Positions 19,554-60,708 of a stretch of 64,000 bases of DNA are shown here, in pieces. Source of the DNA: Macrostomum lignano (lineage: Eukaryota); the NCBI GenBank assembly GCA_002269645.1, contig NIVC01001892.1:62001-126000 (forward strand), written 5' to 3'. The translations under genes and the position numbers were made by a program. The notes beneath the pieces are model-generated. The model had not been told where the DNA came from. It ran no database searches and saw nothing but the letters and a program-made list of their open reading frames with translations. Every line of letters begins with the position of its first letter. Positions within the stretch are counted from its first letter, which is position 1.

Positions 19554-20223
19554 GCACCAGGGGCACCGAAGCTCGGCTTGAATCCACTTTAACCCAAAGC
19601 TCAAGCAATTTGTACGTGGGCTCAAGCAAATCCCAGTCAGCCTCCTTCAGCTGGCTGATAAGATAACCTGCTGCAGCTGCTGCTGCTGCGGCTCACAAGC
19701 CAGCCGGATGTCAAACACAGATAATTTTGAACTTTTACGAGCTAGTAGCACCTTCAACTTCGACTTGAGCAGTTATCTCAGGCCCTGAGCCTCAGAGACC
19801 GTCAAGACTGCTCTCCGCCTTCCGCATTCAGTTTTACTTCGTGTGAAAATAAACCACTGAACGCGAAGAAAATAAGTATAAAAATCTATAAAGTTTGATT
19901 TGCAGAGTAAAACAATATAATTGTAAGAAGCCAGCAGAACTTTTGCGGAATCTACATGTATCAACACGGAAAAATAACAAATAATTTCTGCATCAAAAAG
20001 TTAAAAAGCGCGAATGCTTTGATTTTGAGAATTCGAGAATCAACATCGCATGCTGTGAGCTCTTTTGAGTCGCTGTTACTGACAGGGCGAAACACTTCGA
20101 ATTTGTTTACTGTCTGGCTCGATAGTAAGTTTTCCAAGAATTCACAACAAATGTTAACCCAAGTTGCTGAGAGCTTTGTACATCAACCTCCAATCAGTGA
20201 GTTCGAGTTTGAGCTCGAGCTGT

Positions 20224-24912
<4,689 letters not shown>

Positions 24913-25327
24913 GATGCGGTTTCTGGAGCTTCTGGAGCTGTTCTACTTGCAGTCCTTGCAATTTAAACTGCTGTTCCAAGTGCCAAGTTCGCCGAGTTCG
25001 CCTTTCTGTTTAGGGCAGGACAGGAGCAGACGTTAGCAGAACGTTTGACCCAGCTACGTCTGCAGAGTTCTTAAACAGGGGAAGGGTTGAATGTACAGTA
25101 CCCACTTGGCCTGGCTATGTACATTGATCCACCCCGCTAGCTGCCGTTAGCGGGAATGAAAGGCTTTTGGCGAGGGATAGAGGGGGTAAGAGAGAGTGGA
25201 ATGAGAGGCAGAGCCAGTAAGTGTACACTCACCAGCAAGAAGCGTACGTTAAAGGCTGCAGACTGAAGACAGAGACACGTAAAAGGATTGTGCCGAAGTG
25301 TCCGTGGTCAGATCCTTTTTATGGACA

Positions 25328-26520
25328 GGTAGCTATGTGCTCAGGGATTGGTAGCTATGTGCTCAGGGATTGGTAGCTATGTGCTCAGGGATTGGTAGCT
25401 TTGTGCTCAGTGATTGGTAGCTGTGTGCTCAGGGATTGGTAGCTATGTGCTCAGGGATTGGTAGCTATGTGTTCAGTGATCGGTAGCTATGTGCTCAGGG
25501 ATTGGTAGCTATGTGCTCAGTGATTGGTAGCTGTGTGCTCAGGGATTGGTAGCTATGTGCTCAGGGATTGGTAGCTATGTGCTCAGAGATTGGTAGCTAT
25601 GTGCTCAGGGATTGGTAGCTATGTGCTCAGTGATTGGTAGCTGTGTGCTCAGGGATTGGTAGCTATGTGCTGAGGGATTGGTAGCTATGTGCTCAGGGAT
25701 TGGTAGCTGTGTGCTCAGGGATTGGTAGCTATGTGCTCAGGGATTGGTAGCTGTGTGCTCAGGGATTGGTAGCTATGTGCTCAGGGATTGGTAGCTATGT
25801 GTTCAGTGATCGGTAGCTATGTGCTCAGTGATTGGTAGCTGTGTGCTCAGGGATTGGTAGCTATGTCTCAGGGATTGGTAGCTATGTGTTCAGTGATCGG
25901 TAGCTATGTGCTCAGGGATTGGTAGCTATGTGCTCAGAGATTGGTAGCTATGTGCTCAGGGATTGGTAGCTATGTGTTCAGTGATCGGTAGCTATGTGCT
26001 CAGGGATTGGTAGCTATGTGCTCAGTGATTGGTAGCTGTGTGCTCAGGGATTGGTAGCTATGTGCTGAGGGATTGGTAGCTATGTGCTCAGGGATTGGTA
26101 GCTGTGTGCTCAGGGATTGGTAGCTATGTGCTCAGGGATTGGTAGCTGTGTGCTCAGGGATTGGTAGCTAAGTGCTCAGGGATTGGTAGCTATGTGCTCA
26201 GGGATTGGTAGCTATGTGCTCAGGGATTGGTACTATGTGCTCAGGGATTGGTAGCTATGTGCTGAGGGATTGGTAGCTATGTGCTCAGGGATTGGTAGCT
26301 ATGTGCTCAGGGATTGGTAGCTATGTGCTCAGGGATTGGTAGCTATGTGCTGAGGGATTGGTAGCTATGTCTCAGGGATTGGTAGCTGTGTGCTCAGGGA
26401 TTGGTAGCTATGTGCTCAGGGATTGGTAGCTTTGTGCTCAGGGATTGGTAGCTATGTCTCAGGGATTGGTAGCTATGTCTCAGGGATTGGTAGCTATGTC
26501 TCAGGGATTATTAGCTGTGT
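25328..26520. repeat. 22-bp minisatellite (GTAGCTATGTGCTCAGGGATTG) upstream of GGT
   Basis: More than 50 tandem units. Confidence 0.95.
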
Positions 26521-26589
26521 GCTCGGTTAGTTAAGTGATTGGTAAGCTACTCATCCATTAAACAGACAGTAGTTATAGCCATGTGTAGC

Positions 26590-26790
26590 AAAGCAGCTCA
26601 GCGGCAAACGCTTCTGATTGTAGCGCTACGATCCCTGGTTCGATTCCGCAAGCGGCCACTTTCATTTGCGACTTTCCACGTGAGTCCCTGAGACAGTGAG
26701 AGTGTACATGTCTGATGATTAGAATGTCGGGGCCACACTCTGTGCGAGCGTGCGTGTGCTCACGAGTCAGCGGAATTGGCAGAATCATCA
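26590..26790 (+). mobile_element. Degenerate tRNA-derived SINE related to family A
   Basis: CAGCTCAGCGG A-box and GGTTCGATTCC B-box; body resembles family A (AGTGTACATG..., GCGGAATTGGC). Confidence 0.55.
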
Positions 26791-27127
26791 TTATATTATT
26801 ATTACAGGTAGTATAGAAGGGACACGCAAGTTGAAATTAATTTACCCTCTAGTGTGTCATACAGTGCAAGGAATCCCTTAGGCTCGAGAGCGATACTGTA
26901 CATGCAGGCAATTTATTTGAAGTCAGAAAAACTGTACAAAGATTAATGCTTTAACAGCATTCATAACACTGTCATATCGCTGTCACTGTCATAAGTCATA
27001 AACACTGAAGCAGTATGAAACCCGCCGCACTAATCCTTAATTACTCGACTTTTTTTAAAGGCTGAGCAAATTATGTGCCCAGAATCCCTGCGACTACAAT
27101 TTTAAGCCACTGTCAAGTCACATCATT

Positions 27128-27400
27128 GGGGGGTTGTAGCAGCCTAGTGGTCAGAGCGTCGGATTCACAACTGAAAGGTCGGGGGTTCGATTCTCGACCC
27201 ACTCGGAAAAATTTTGTGTCCTTTAGCAAGATACCTAACCCTGCATTGCATCAGTTCACCCAGCTGTAAAATGGGTGCCAGCATTAGCTGGGGTCATTGG
27301 GGGTTTGTGTGGCGACCCCCCAGTCCTTGGACTGAACAGCCGTATGCAGCCTTCAGATGCGCGGCGCAATAGCTGCGGCTGAGCTGTCGGTTGCACATCT
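27128..27400 (+). mobile_element. tRNA-derived SINE family B, copy 1
   Basis: Pol III boxes (TAGCAGCCTAGTGG, GGTTCGATTC); body GTGTCCTTTAGCAAG...TCACCCAGCTGTAAAATGGG resembles conserved Deu/Nin-type SINE cores; paralog at 28890. Confidence 0.8.
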
Positions 27401-27897
27401 GCTTGTTAGTTGTTATTAATATTATGAATATTACTATTAATTGCAAATTTCAAGTTGCCGGGAAATGACATGAAGGTCACTCCATGCGTTGAAACCGTCA
27501 GGAATAAGTTCACCTCGCTAGCCAGTCGCGAATTTTAATCAGACCACCAGTTTTCTGTCATCGTTTGATCTTCGCCGCGGGCGGTTTCTTATCGCTGCTC
27601 TGTCGGCTCACCCTTGGCGCAGAAAACTTTGTTCAACTTTAACTTCAAGGTAGAATTCCTTGGCAGATTTGAGTGCAAGCGGTGGAAACTTTTGGCTGGC
27701 AGTGAGGCAGCCAATCTGGTAGCTTCATTGGCCACCCTGACCGAAGACAGGGGCGGGTGCTGGACAGCGCGGCTGCTCTAAAAAGCTGCAATTAGTGGCG
27801 AACTCCAGGCCTGCCCAAGGTACGGAAAACAGCAGGTGCCTGTTGCATTGGTTCGAGTTTGCTGGTCTGAGAATTTGCCTGATTTGCACACTCAGCC

Positions 27898-30449
<2,552 letters not shown>

Positions 30450-30769
30450 ACCGATCAAGTTTGAAAACTTTGCACGGAAGCTCTGACGTTTTTAGAGATA
30501 TTGAAAAATAAAATATCATTGCCTCGGAGAATCTGTTATCAATGAGCTCACATTATTGGCTAATTTCTGCTTGCTTTTTACTGAGTCCAAAAGGATCGAC
30601 TTTATTTCCAGTTAGATTTATTGGATTGAGTAGCCGAAGTCTGCTCATATCTCTGGGCCGTAAATTGACTTGAAAAGTTTGCCAGAACTTCTTCTCATCT
30701 CGGATCAGCCATTGCGACATTCCTCCAGCTCTACTGGCGTCACGACAACGCGACGGCGTGCCCCGGCCG

Positions 30770-31016
30770 CAAACCGTGCGTGCAAACCCGAAAACTTTAA
30801 TCAGCTCATGCGCTACCTTCGGGCCACTCGCAGGGCTGAACTCTCCTTTCCAGAGAGCACCATAGCTGCTGGCGACACTGGGGGACCTCCCTGGGCGGCG
30901 CCAACCCTCCGTCCATAGCGACGCGTCGGCCGTTCAGGGACTAGCGGAATGGGCGCCCGCGCCTTCCCGCTGTGTCCCCTCCGGGACAGCCCTGCAGCTA
31001 AGTCAAGTAAGTCAAA
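30770..31016 (+). mobile_element. 247-bp 3' tail of an R1/LOA-type LINE, same family as 41836-47592
   Basis: Encodes LMRYLRATRRA..AAGDTGGPP versus LIQFLRATRRA..AAGRTGGPP; same 3' end CCCTGCAGCTAAGTCAAGTAAGTCAA; 10-bp TSD GCCCCGGCCG (30760-30769, 31017-31026). Confidence 0.9.
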
Positions 31017-31534
31017 GCCCCGGCCGAGTTGCCGCCGCTGGTGGCGTTGCAGCGGCCGCCGGCTGTCGAAACCGCTGCCACCGTCGCCGAAGCCTCCGGT
31101 GTTGCCGCCGCCGACCCAGTCGTCGCCGGGGTTTCCGCCGCCGAGTCTTCGGGCGCTCGAGCTGAGGACCCAGCCGGCTCCCGGACCACCGGCCAGGCAC
31201 GGCTCGGAGCCTCCGGTGCCGCAGGCCACGGCGGACATGTCCGCGCCAGGCTGCCCGTTCGCGCCTCTGAAGCCGGAGGCCAGGAAGTTCATGCCGGTGG
31301 AGTCGGTGCCGTTCGGTCCGCCCTGACCGTCGATGCCTGCGGTTGGAATTTCGATGAAATACTGGACCCAGTTCTCCGGGGCACCCCCTGAGCATTGGTA
31401 CTCTCTTTAGCAGTACATGTACACTCGATTGACGTCGATTGACTTTATGCGTGCAGGATTGTAAAGAAAAGAAGACTGGGAACTGATCGGGATCTGTGTT
31501 GGGCAAATACGGGTAAAATGCAATTGACGCACTT

Positions 31535-31738
31535 TAAGCGACATTGTCACACAATCAGCAAAAGGCATTACTGCCATTCCGCCGACTCCCCGGCCTGAGC
31601 AGGCACACAAGCGCGCGGATACGTACGCAGTCATACGCACAGGCACACACTCACACATGAGTGTACAGCGGCCCTAACTTTATTTATCGTTAGGCATGTA
31701 CACTGCACTGTGCCTTGGGGATTGGCTCTCAAGACTAC
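31535..31738 (-). mobile_element. SINE family A, 5'-truncated, in the paralog A intron
   Basis: Reverse complement aligns with 8288-8482. Confidence 0.75.
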
Positions 31739-33419
31739 TACTAGTATGCTACGTTGATTTGCTAAACAGTGATGACTAATAAATGTGGCACTGATTAAGC
31801 TGGTTACCTGCAAAGTACACCGCTGCATCTCCGCCGCCACCAGCAGCCAGAAGCAGCTCAGCATCGGTGTACACGAAGGAGCAGACCTGCCCCAAGTATT
31901 CCACGTTATTCGTGCCCCACTGGCCAACAACAAAGGACAGCACGGTGACGGCCGAGAGATTGAAGAACCCGGCGATGCGAGCACCGCGACCTCCTTCGTA
32001 CGCCTCTGGCTCGGAGTCAACGGTCTGGTAGTTGATGGAGCCGCCGCTGGCTCCGAGCGCTTCGATGCGGTAGCAGCCGGTCTGCGGCACGGCGGCGGCC
32101 TGCACGGACCCTGCGGCACCTGCGAGCAGAGCTGAAAATTGATAGCAGCGCTTGTGACAGTTGCATCAGCCGGTCAGAACTCAGCATAGCCTGCGATATC
32201 CACTCAGCGACAAAAGTGCTGTTTGCGATGAGCTCGATGCTCCTCTGCCTCTGCTGCAGCAGCAGGTGAAAGGTCTCGGCCACCCAAACCTCCTCGTCGT
32301 CCTCCGTTCCAAACTGGTGACTCACGAAGAAGTCTTCATGCTCTTCCGCAGTTGGCCCGGTCAAGCCGTCGTAGAGGGGCAGCAGCCAAAGCAGCTGGCA
32401 GAGCCGTCTGCGCCTGTCGAAGGCCGCCAGATCGCAGTCTGCAGACGGCTACGAGCGGTGCCGTTGTTGAGGTGCGTCTCGCGCGACCTGAGCATCCTCC
32501 GCCTGCAGCCTCCGTCAGATGCGTGGGAGTTCGTCGATATCAGGACTGAAGAAGTTACATGTACGCGTCATTGAAACCCAGCAATACAGGATTTAATGTA
32601 GGATAAAACGGACAGTCAGTGCAAGCTTACAGAGCACTCACTATCCAGCAGATGACGGCCCGAGCAGACATTTCCTTACTTCAGAATTGCTTGCCAATTG
32701 CTGCTTATGCTGTACTTTTCTCGTCGGAACTGAATGAACTGCTTGACTTTTCGATTGTAACGGAATCTAATTCGCTGATGGATGCTTAAATAGTGGATTT
32801 AGGGCAATCTGTGTAGTGGCTGACATCAAAATCATTGGATGTAATCCCATCAGTTTGAAATGGAAAATCCTATTACTTTTAACACATTCCAAAAAATTAC
32901 CCAGCGCACTGCTTCTGGTAGACTGAGTGCGGTTTTTCTTGCAATAGAAATATTCTATTTACCAAACGAATTTTAACTGATTGATTTACACTAGTCAAAA
33001 TGCGCAAAATACGCTCGTACAATAAAGCCGTTGCCATAATAAAGATGTTTCGCTTTTCAATTTGTTCGTTACTTTTCGTTTTTGCGCCCTTTAAAGTGTT
33101 TAATTCTAAAGATCGAGTGTACCGGCATGGAAAAATTCAGTCAAAATATAGTTTTGAGAGACTATGTTGCCAAGCAGGCCCGTTTGATTTTTTGAAGTAT
33201 TGTACGCGATTGCATGATTATTTTTCAAAGTTTGAAAGTTTTAATTTGACCAGCTGTTGTCGGTACACGCGATTAGTAGGCGTATGTGTATGTGTATGCT
33301 TGGCATTCAGCTACATGTACATATAGATCTATTGAGCATGCAAGGTTATAATTGCTAGTAGGCTGTGTTCATGCACATGGAGCAAGATTAGCCCCAGAAT
33401 TGTGGACCTGATGCTAGGC

Positions 33420-33700
33420 TGTCGAACCATTGGCTTGTGATCGAAGCACTCGACAGAGGTGAACACCCAAAGGACATTGCAAGATTGCTGAATGTAAAGG
33501 AAAAGATGGTTTACAGCATCCATCAGCGCGTTGAAACCACTGCCGGCAGAGATTGTCTGCGAAAGGGTGGCAATCGCGGGATCGTCAAGGCAAGTTGCTC
33601 GAGAGCCTCAAGTCCAACTGCTACTCGATGCAGTTGAGACGAACCCTTTGTTGACGATGCAGAAATGCAGCAGAAGTTGATCAAGAAACAGTTCCAGTTG
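33420..33700 (+). mobile_element. Tc1/IS630-type transposase N-terminal HTH remnant
   Basis: IEALDRGEHPKDIARLLNVKEKMVYSIHQR..RKGGNR, then a frameshifted NPLLT. Confidence 0.55.
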
Positions 33701-33887
33701 GTTATCAGATTTCGGCTATCGGCAGAGCTCTGGGAAAGCGACTGAAAATAGTTGGTAGACACGCTGACATCCAAACTAAATGGCACTGTGCCAGCCTTTC
33801 TACCATAGACAAAAGCTCCATTACATTAGTAAACCTATCTTGGATTAAATTCAATGCGCGTAGGCCCAAATGGGCTGCAAAAAGCTA

Positions 33888-34864
33888 TATTATAATATTC
33901 CTTTTTTGCGGCCTGGTTGGTCCTGCAAGCTTTCAATTTAATCATGGATACGGAAATCAGACTTGCGAGACTTTTCTGTCTATAGTCGACACTCGCTGGC
34001 ATAGCGGAGTCCAATTTACTCCTGGGGGCATCAATTTGATCATTCTAATCATATAACGTTAGATATCCTGTGTTGAAACAAAATTCGCTTCCTCTGCAAC
34101 CCTTTTTAGGACAAGGATTCGCCACTCTCGTAGCGAATGACCATCAGGCGGAGTGTCCAGCTCTTCTTGCAATTGTGGTTGAGCCAGCTGGCGTTTGATG
34201 GCTGCCTTCAGGCAGGCGTGCGCGTTCTCCACAGGATTGAGGAACGACGAGTAAGGAGGCAATGTCACCAGGCGCCAAGCGGGCTGAAATTGATCTGGGA
34301 TTGTCACTCCATGATGAAAACGGGCGTCATCCATGATCACACAGAACTCCTCGCCATCAGGTACATCACCACGACTCGTCACGCTTTGCACCAGATCATT
34401 CATGATGAACGTCTGGAACCTGGATGCCATCATAGTCTCTCTGAGGATCGTATGATGTAAAAGACAAGCTAAAAACAAGTTACGATGACAGTAAAAATGT
34501 GCATTGAAAACACAGAATGATCAAATTGATGCCCCCCAGGATTAAATTGAACTTCGCTATGCCAGCGAGTGTCGACCATAGACAGAAAATTTTCAGTCTC
34601 GCAAGTTTGATTTCCGTATCTATGATTAAATTGAAAGCTTGCAGTACCAACCAGGGGCGGCGGAGCCTAATATTTGAGGGGGCACCGGGCACAGGGCAAG
34701 GGGGGCACAGGTACCTTTATAAGCTGCTAATTAGGACCCAAAATCAGAAAAAGCACTAAAAATAACCACGTGGACTCATTTTCTGGGGGGGGCACGTGCC
34801 CCCGGTGCCGCAAGCTCCCGCCGCCCATGGTACCAACTAGACCGCAAAAAGGAATATTACAATA
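33888..34864 (-). mobile_element. Internally deleted Tc1/IS630-type DNA transposon with ~160-bp TIRs
   Basis: TIRs 33888-34046 and 34514-34651 plus 34838-34864; internal DDE_3 fragment IMDDARFH..LPPYSSFLNPVE (34059-34478); TA at both ends. Confidence 0.85.
34652..34829. mobile_element. 178-bp hAT-type MITE nested in the Tc1 TIR
   Basis: 8-bp TSD GTACCAAC (34644-34651, 34830-34837); TIRs CAGGGGCGGCGGAGC / reverse complement CATGGGCGGCGGGAGC. Confidence 0.85.
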
Positions 34865-35296
34865 AAGTAATGATAATGTAATGATGTAATTCATACGTTA
34901 ATGTGAATTTATTTGTTAATAAAGTTACTTGGAGTCATGAGTTACTATAATTAAATTTATATTTTGTTTACTTACGACATTTTACGTCTAAAGCACAGTA
35001 CTTTGTATTTCTATTTGTTTTAGCGCCTAGACCACAGAAATAAACAGAATCCTCGTTTAATTTTTTGTTTTTCAAAGAAACAAGATTTATTTTGCGCCAT
35101 CACGGTCTAAATCACAGCGCAACTCATATTAGATATTAATGAGGTAGAATCTCTCCCGAAGGACTGTTACAAGAAAATAAACAGAAAAAATAGCTTTACT
35201 ATTAGTCTGGCGAATCTCTTCTCAATTTTTAACGTTCTTTATTTCAACAATTTCCTAATCAATCAATATTTAAAAGCAACCTAAACAAACAATAGT

Positions 35297-57481
<22,185 letters not shown>

Positions 57482-57989
57482 GGCTTTTTGGATAATTTCT
57501 GCAACTCGGAAGAAGTCGGTTGAGATGAAGAGAAGCCTGCAAAGTAACTGTTGAGTAGTTAGACGTGGCCCTAGTCTTTACATTAATAACTTTGCTAACA
57601 AACACGATATTCTGTTTTATCTGGAGCGCCCGCTATGCTACTCACGGCAGTAGTGGCTGCTCATATTATACACAATTCCTGTTGTCTAGTCAGAATTTTA
57701 AACGATATCTTCTTTATCCCGTGTTTACTAAATGTTTTTATTCAACTTTTTCCTGTTTTTTTCATTTTTCAACTACTATTTTGTACTACTATTAGTAGTG
57801 CGCGGCAACGCTTTACTCTATTCCATTCGAATTTGTTTGTTAGCTTATTTTGAGCACTGCTGTGCACACTCGTAGCCGCTTGCGTGTGCCCAGCTCTGGT
57901 CATTTTCAGAAAGCGGGCACTTCTGACCTGTTAACTCGAATCCCTGAACTATTCGTGGATTTAATCCACTGTGTTCATCCAACCCGAAT

Positions 57990-58535
57990 CCCCATACAAA
58001 TCCCCACTTAGATCCTCACTCAAGTCCACTCAAATCCCCACTCAAATCCCCACTCGAATCCCCACTCAAATCCCCACTCAAATCCCCACTCGAATCCCCA
58101 CTCAATCTCCACTCAAATCCTCACTCAAATCCCCACTCAAACCTCCACTCAAATCCTCACTCAAATCCCCACTGGAATCCTACTTAAATCTCAACACAAA
58201 TCCCATTTAAATCCCCACTCAAATCCAATTTAAATCCCCACTCAAATCCCATTTAAATCCCCACTCAAATCCCATTTAAATCCCCACTCAAATCCCATTG
58301 AAATCCCGACTCAAATCCCATTTAAATCCCCACTCAAATCCCATTTAAATCCCCACTCAAATCCCATTTAAATCCCCACTCAAATCCCATTTAAATCCCC
58401 ACTCAAATCACATTTAAATCCCCACTCAAATCCCATTTAAATCCCCACTCAAATCCCATTGAAATCCCGACTCAAATCCCATTTAAATCCCCACTCAAAT
58501 CCCATTGAAATCCCGACTCAAATCCCACCCAAATC
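57990..58535. repeat. 12/23-bp repeat (AAATCCCCACTC / AAATCCCATTTAAATCCCCACTC)
   Basis: Tandem units. Confidence 0.88.
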
Positions 58536-59237
58536 CCACTGGAATTCCCGCTCTGCTCAAAGCCCATATCGCGGAGTCAGTCGCATTGATCGAGTATTGA
58601 ACATTTGGTTTGCATTGAATAAATCCTATTGAATCAAAACATTTTTAGGCTCACAGCGGTTCTCAATCCTACTCAAGTCAACGATAACCGTGCGTGCCCG
58701 AAAGCACATCCGTGTCTCGAGCCCAGTCTGTGATCAAGTCTGTCTGCAGTTTTCAGTTTTGTCTTTTTTCTCCGTCTGTTTCTGAGCCCTTTGCACAAAT
58801 TTATTCACTGGCTATTTTATTTATTTAAACTCATTTTCCATTTTTTCTATATATCATTTTTTATCTCACTGACCGCAGTCGGACTTCATGCATAATATTA
58901 ACTAAGTAGTAAATATGGTATATTGTAGTACAGAAGTTGAGATCCGTTGATTATCTGAGCACTCCTGTACTCTGTTATTAATTAGGCTTTGCAGTCAGCT
59001 CTGGCAAATCATTTCTGCTCAGCGCAGCCCTTCGAGTCCCCACTGCTCATTAATCCCTGTTTATTCACATTTTTCGTTGGCATAGACACCTGCTAATCCG
59101 CAGTAATTAACTGATAGTAGCAACTGACTGAGTATGATGAACTAGTCTGAATAAATTGCATAGCCATAGCCTACATTGCTGAATAGACATTTTTTAATAG
59201 CGTAACTGCTGCGGACACTGCCTTCGTCAGGCTCTTT

Positions 59238-60055
<818 letters not shown>

Positions 60056-60708
60056 CCTTGCCTCCTGTCTTTGAGGATAGCTTCCCAGTGGGAGGCAGTA
60101 AAGTTATGAGAGCAGCAATTTCTGTGCAAATTAAATTGATGGATTTGCGGCCACTCGGTGAGTCCCAATCAGCCCCCTCCAAGGCAAAATTTTAAATATT
60201 CATAAACTTGCCGTTTTTGATGATAAAAAACTACATTATTTTTTTGCCTCTGCCACATTACGATGATATATCAAGTATTTTAATTGGCCAAACGTCAATG
60301 ACCACTGAGCTGTTTAACACTTGGACTGCATGGTCGCACGTCAAAGGCCAGAAACTTATTAGTCAGGCAAACGGTGCGTGTCCAATCCAGGTGTATATAA
60401 ATTATAGGTGTCCACGGCATGCGCATTCAACTTGTCAAAAATGTATCATGATTTCTGGTCACCTCCCTGCCCCCCTGAGCCACCCACACGTGAAGTGTAC
60501 AGGGAGACAGGATTGGCTTTGCAGCCTATGACAGAAATTGCGTGCTGCGGTTGTCATAGTAACTGGGCTACACTGGTCCAGCGTATTTGATATAACCGGT
60601 AGATATGGTGGGGAAAAGGAGCTGGCGGTCATCCTACAAACTTTCCGTAAAGCATAAATAAACACGAGGAACCCTTGCCGCATTGCTACAGCAGTACTGC
60701 AGGTTGAG

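Larger units (their letters stand above)
30705..32560 (-). pseudogene. Glycine-rich (ALK/LTK-type, PF12810-like) domain gene, paralog A, disrupted
   Basis: Exon 31808..32119 VPQTGCYRIEALGASGG..GGRGARIAGFFNL..FVVGQ..LLLAAGGGG joins in phase 1 to an exon starting at 31387 (GAPENW..GGGNTGGFGDGGSG). Lesions: donor at 32207 is CTGAGT, LINE tail inside the last exon, apparent frameshifts near 31060 and 32445. Confidence 0.75.

Noticed and set aside
33112-33273. 16-bp imperfect inverted repeat ATCGAGTGTACCGGCA / TGTCGGTACACGCGAT
   Set aside because: No TSD and no second copy in the window; too weak to call a MITE
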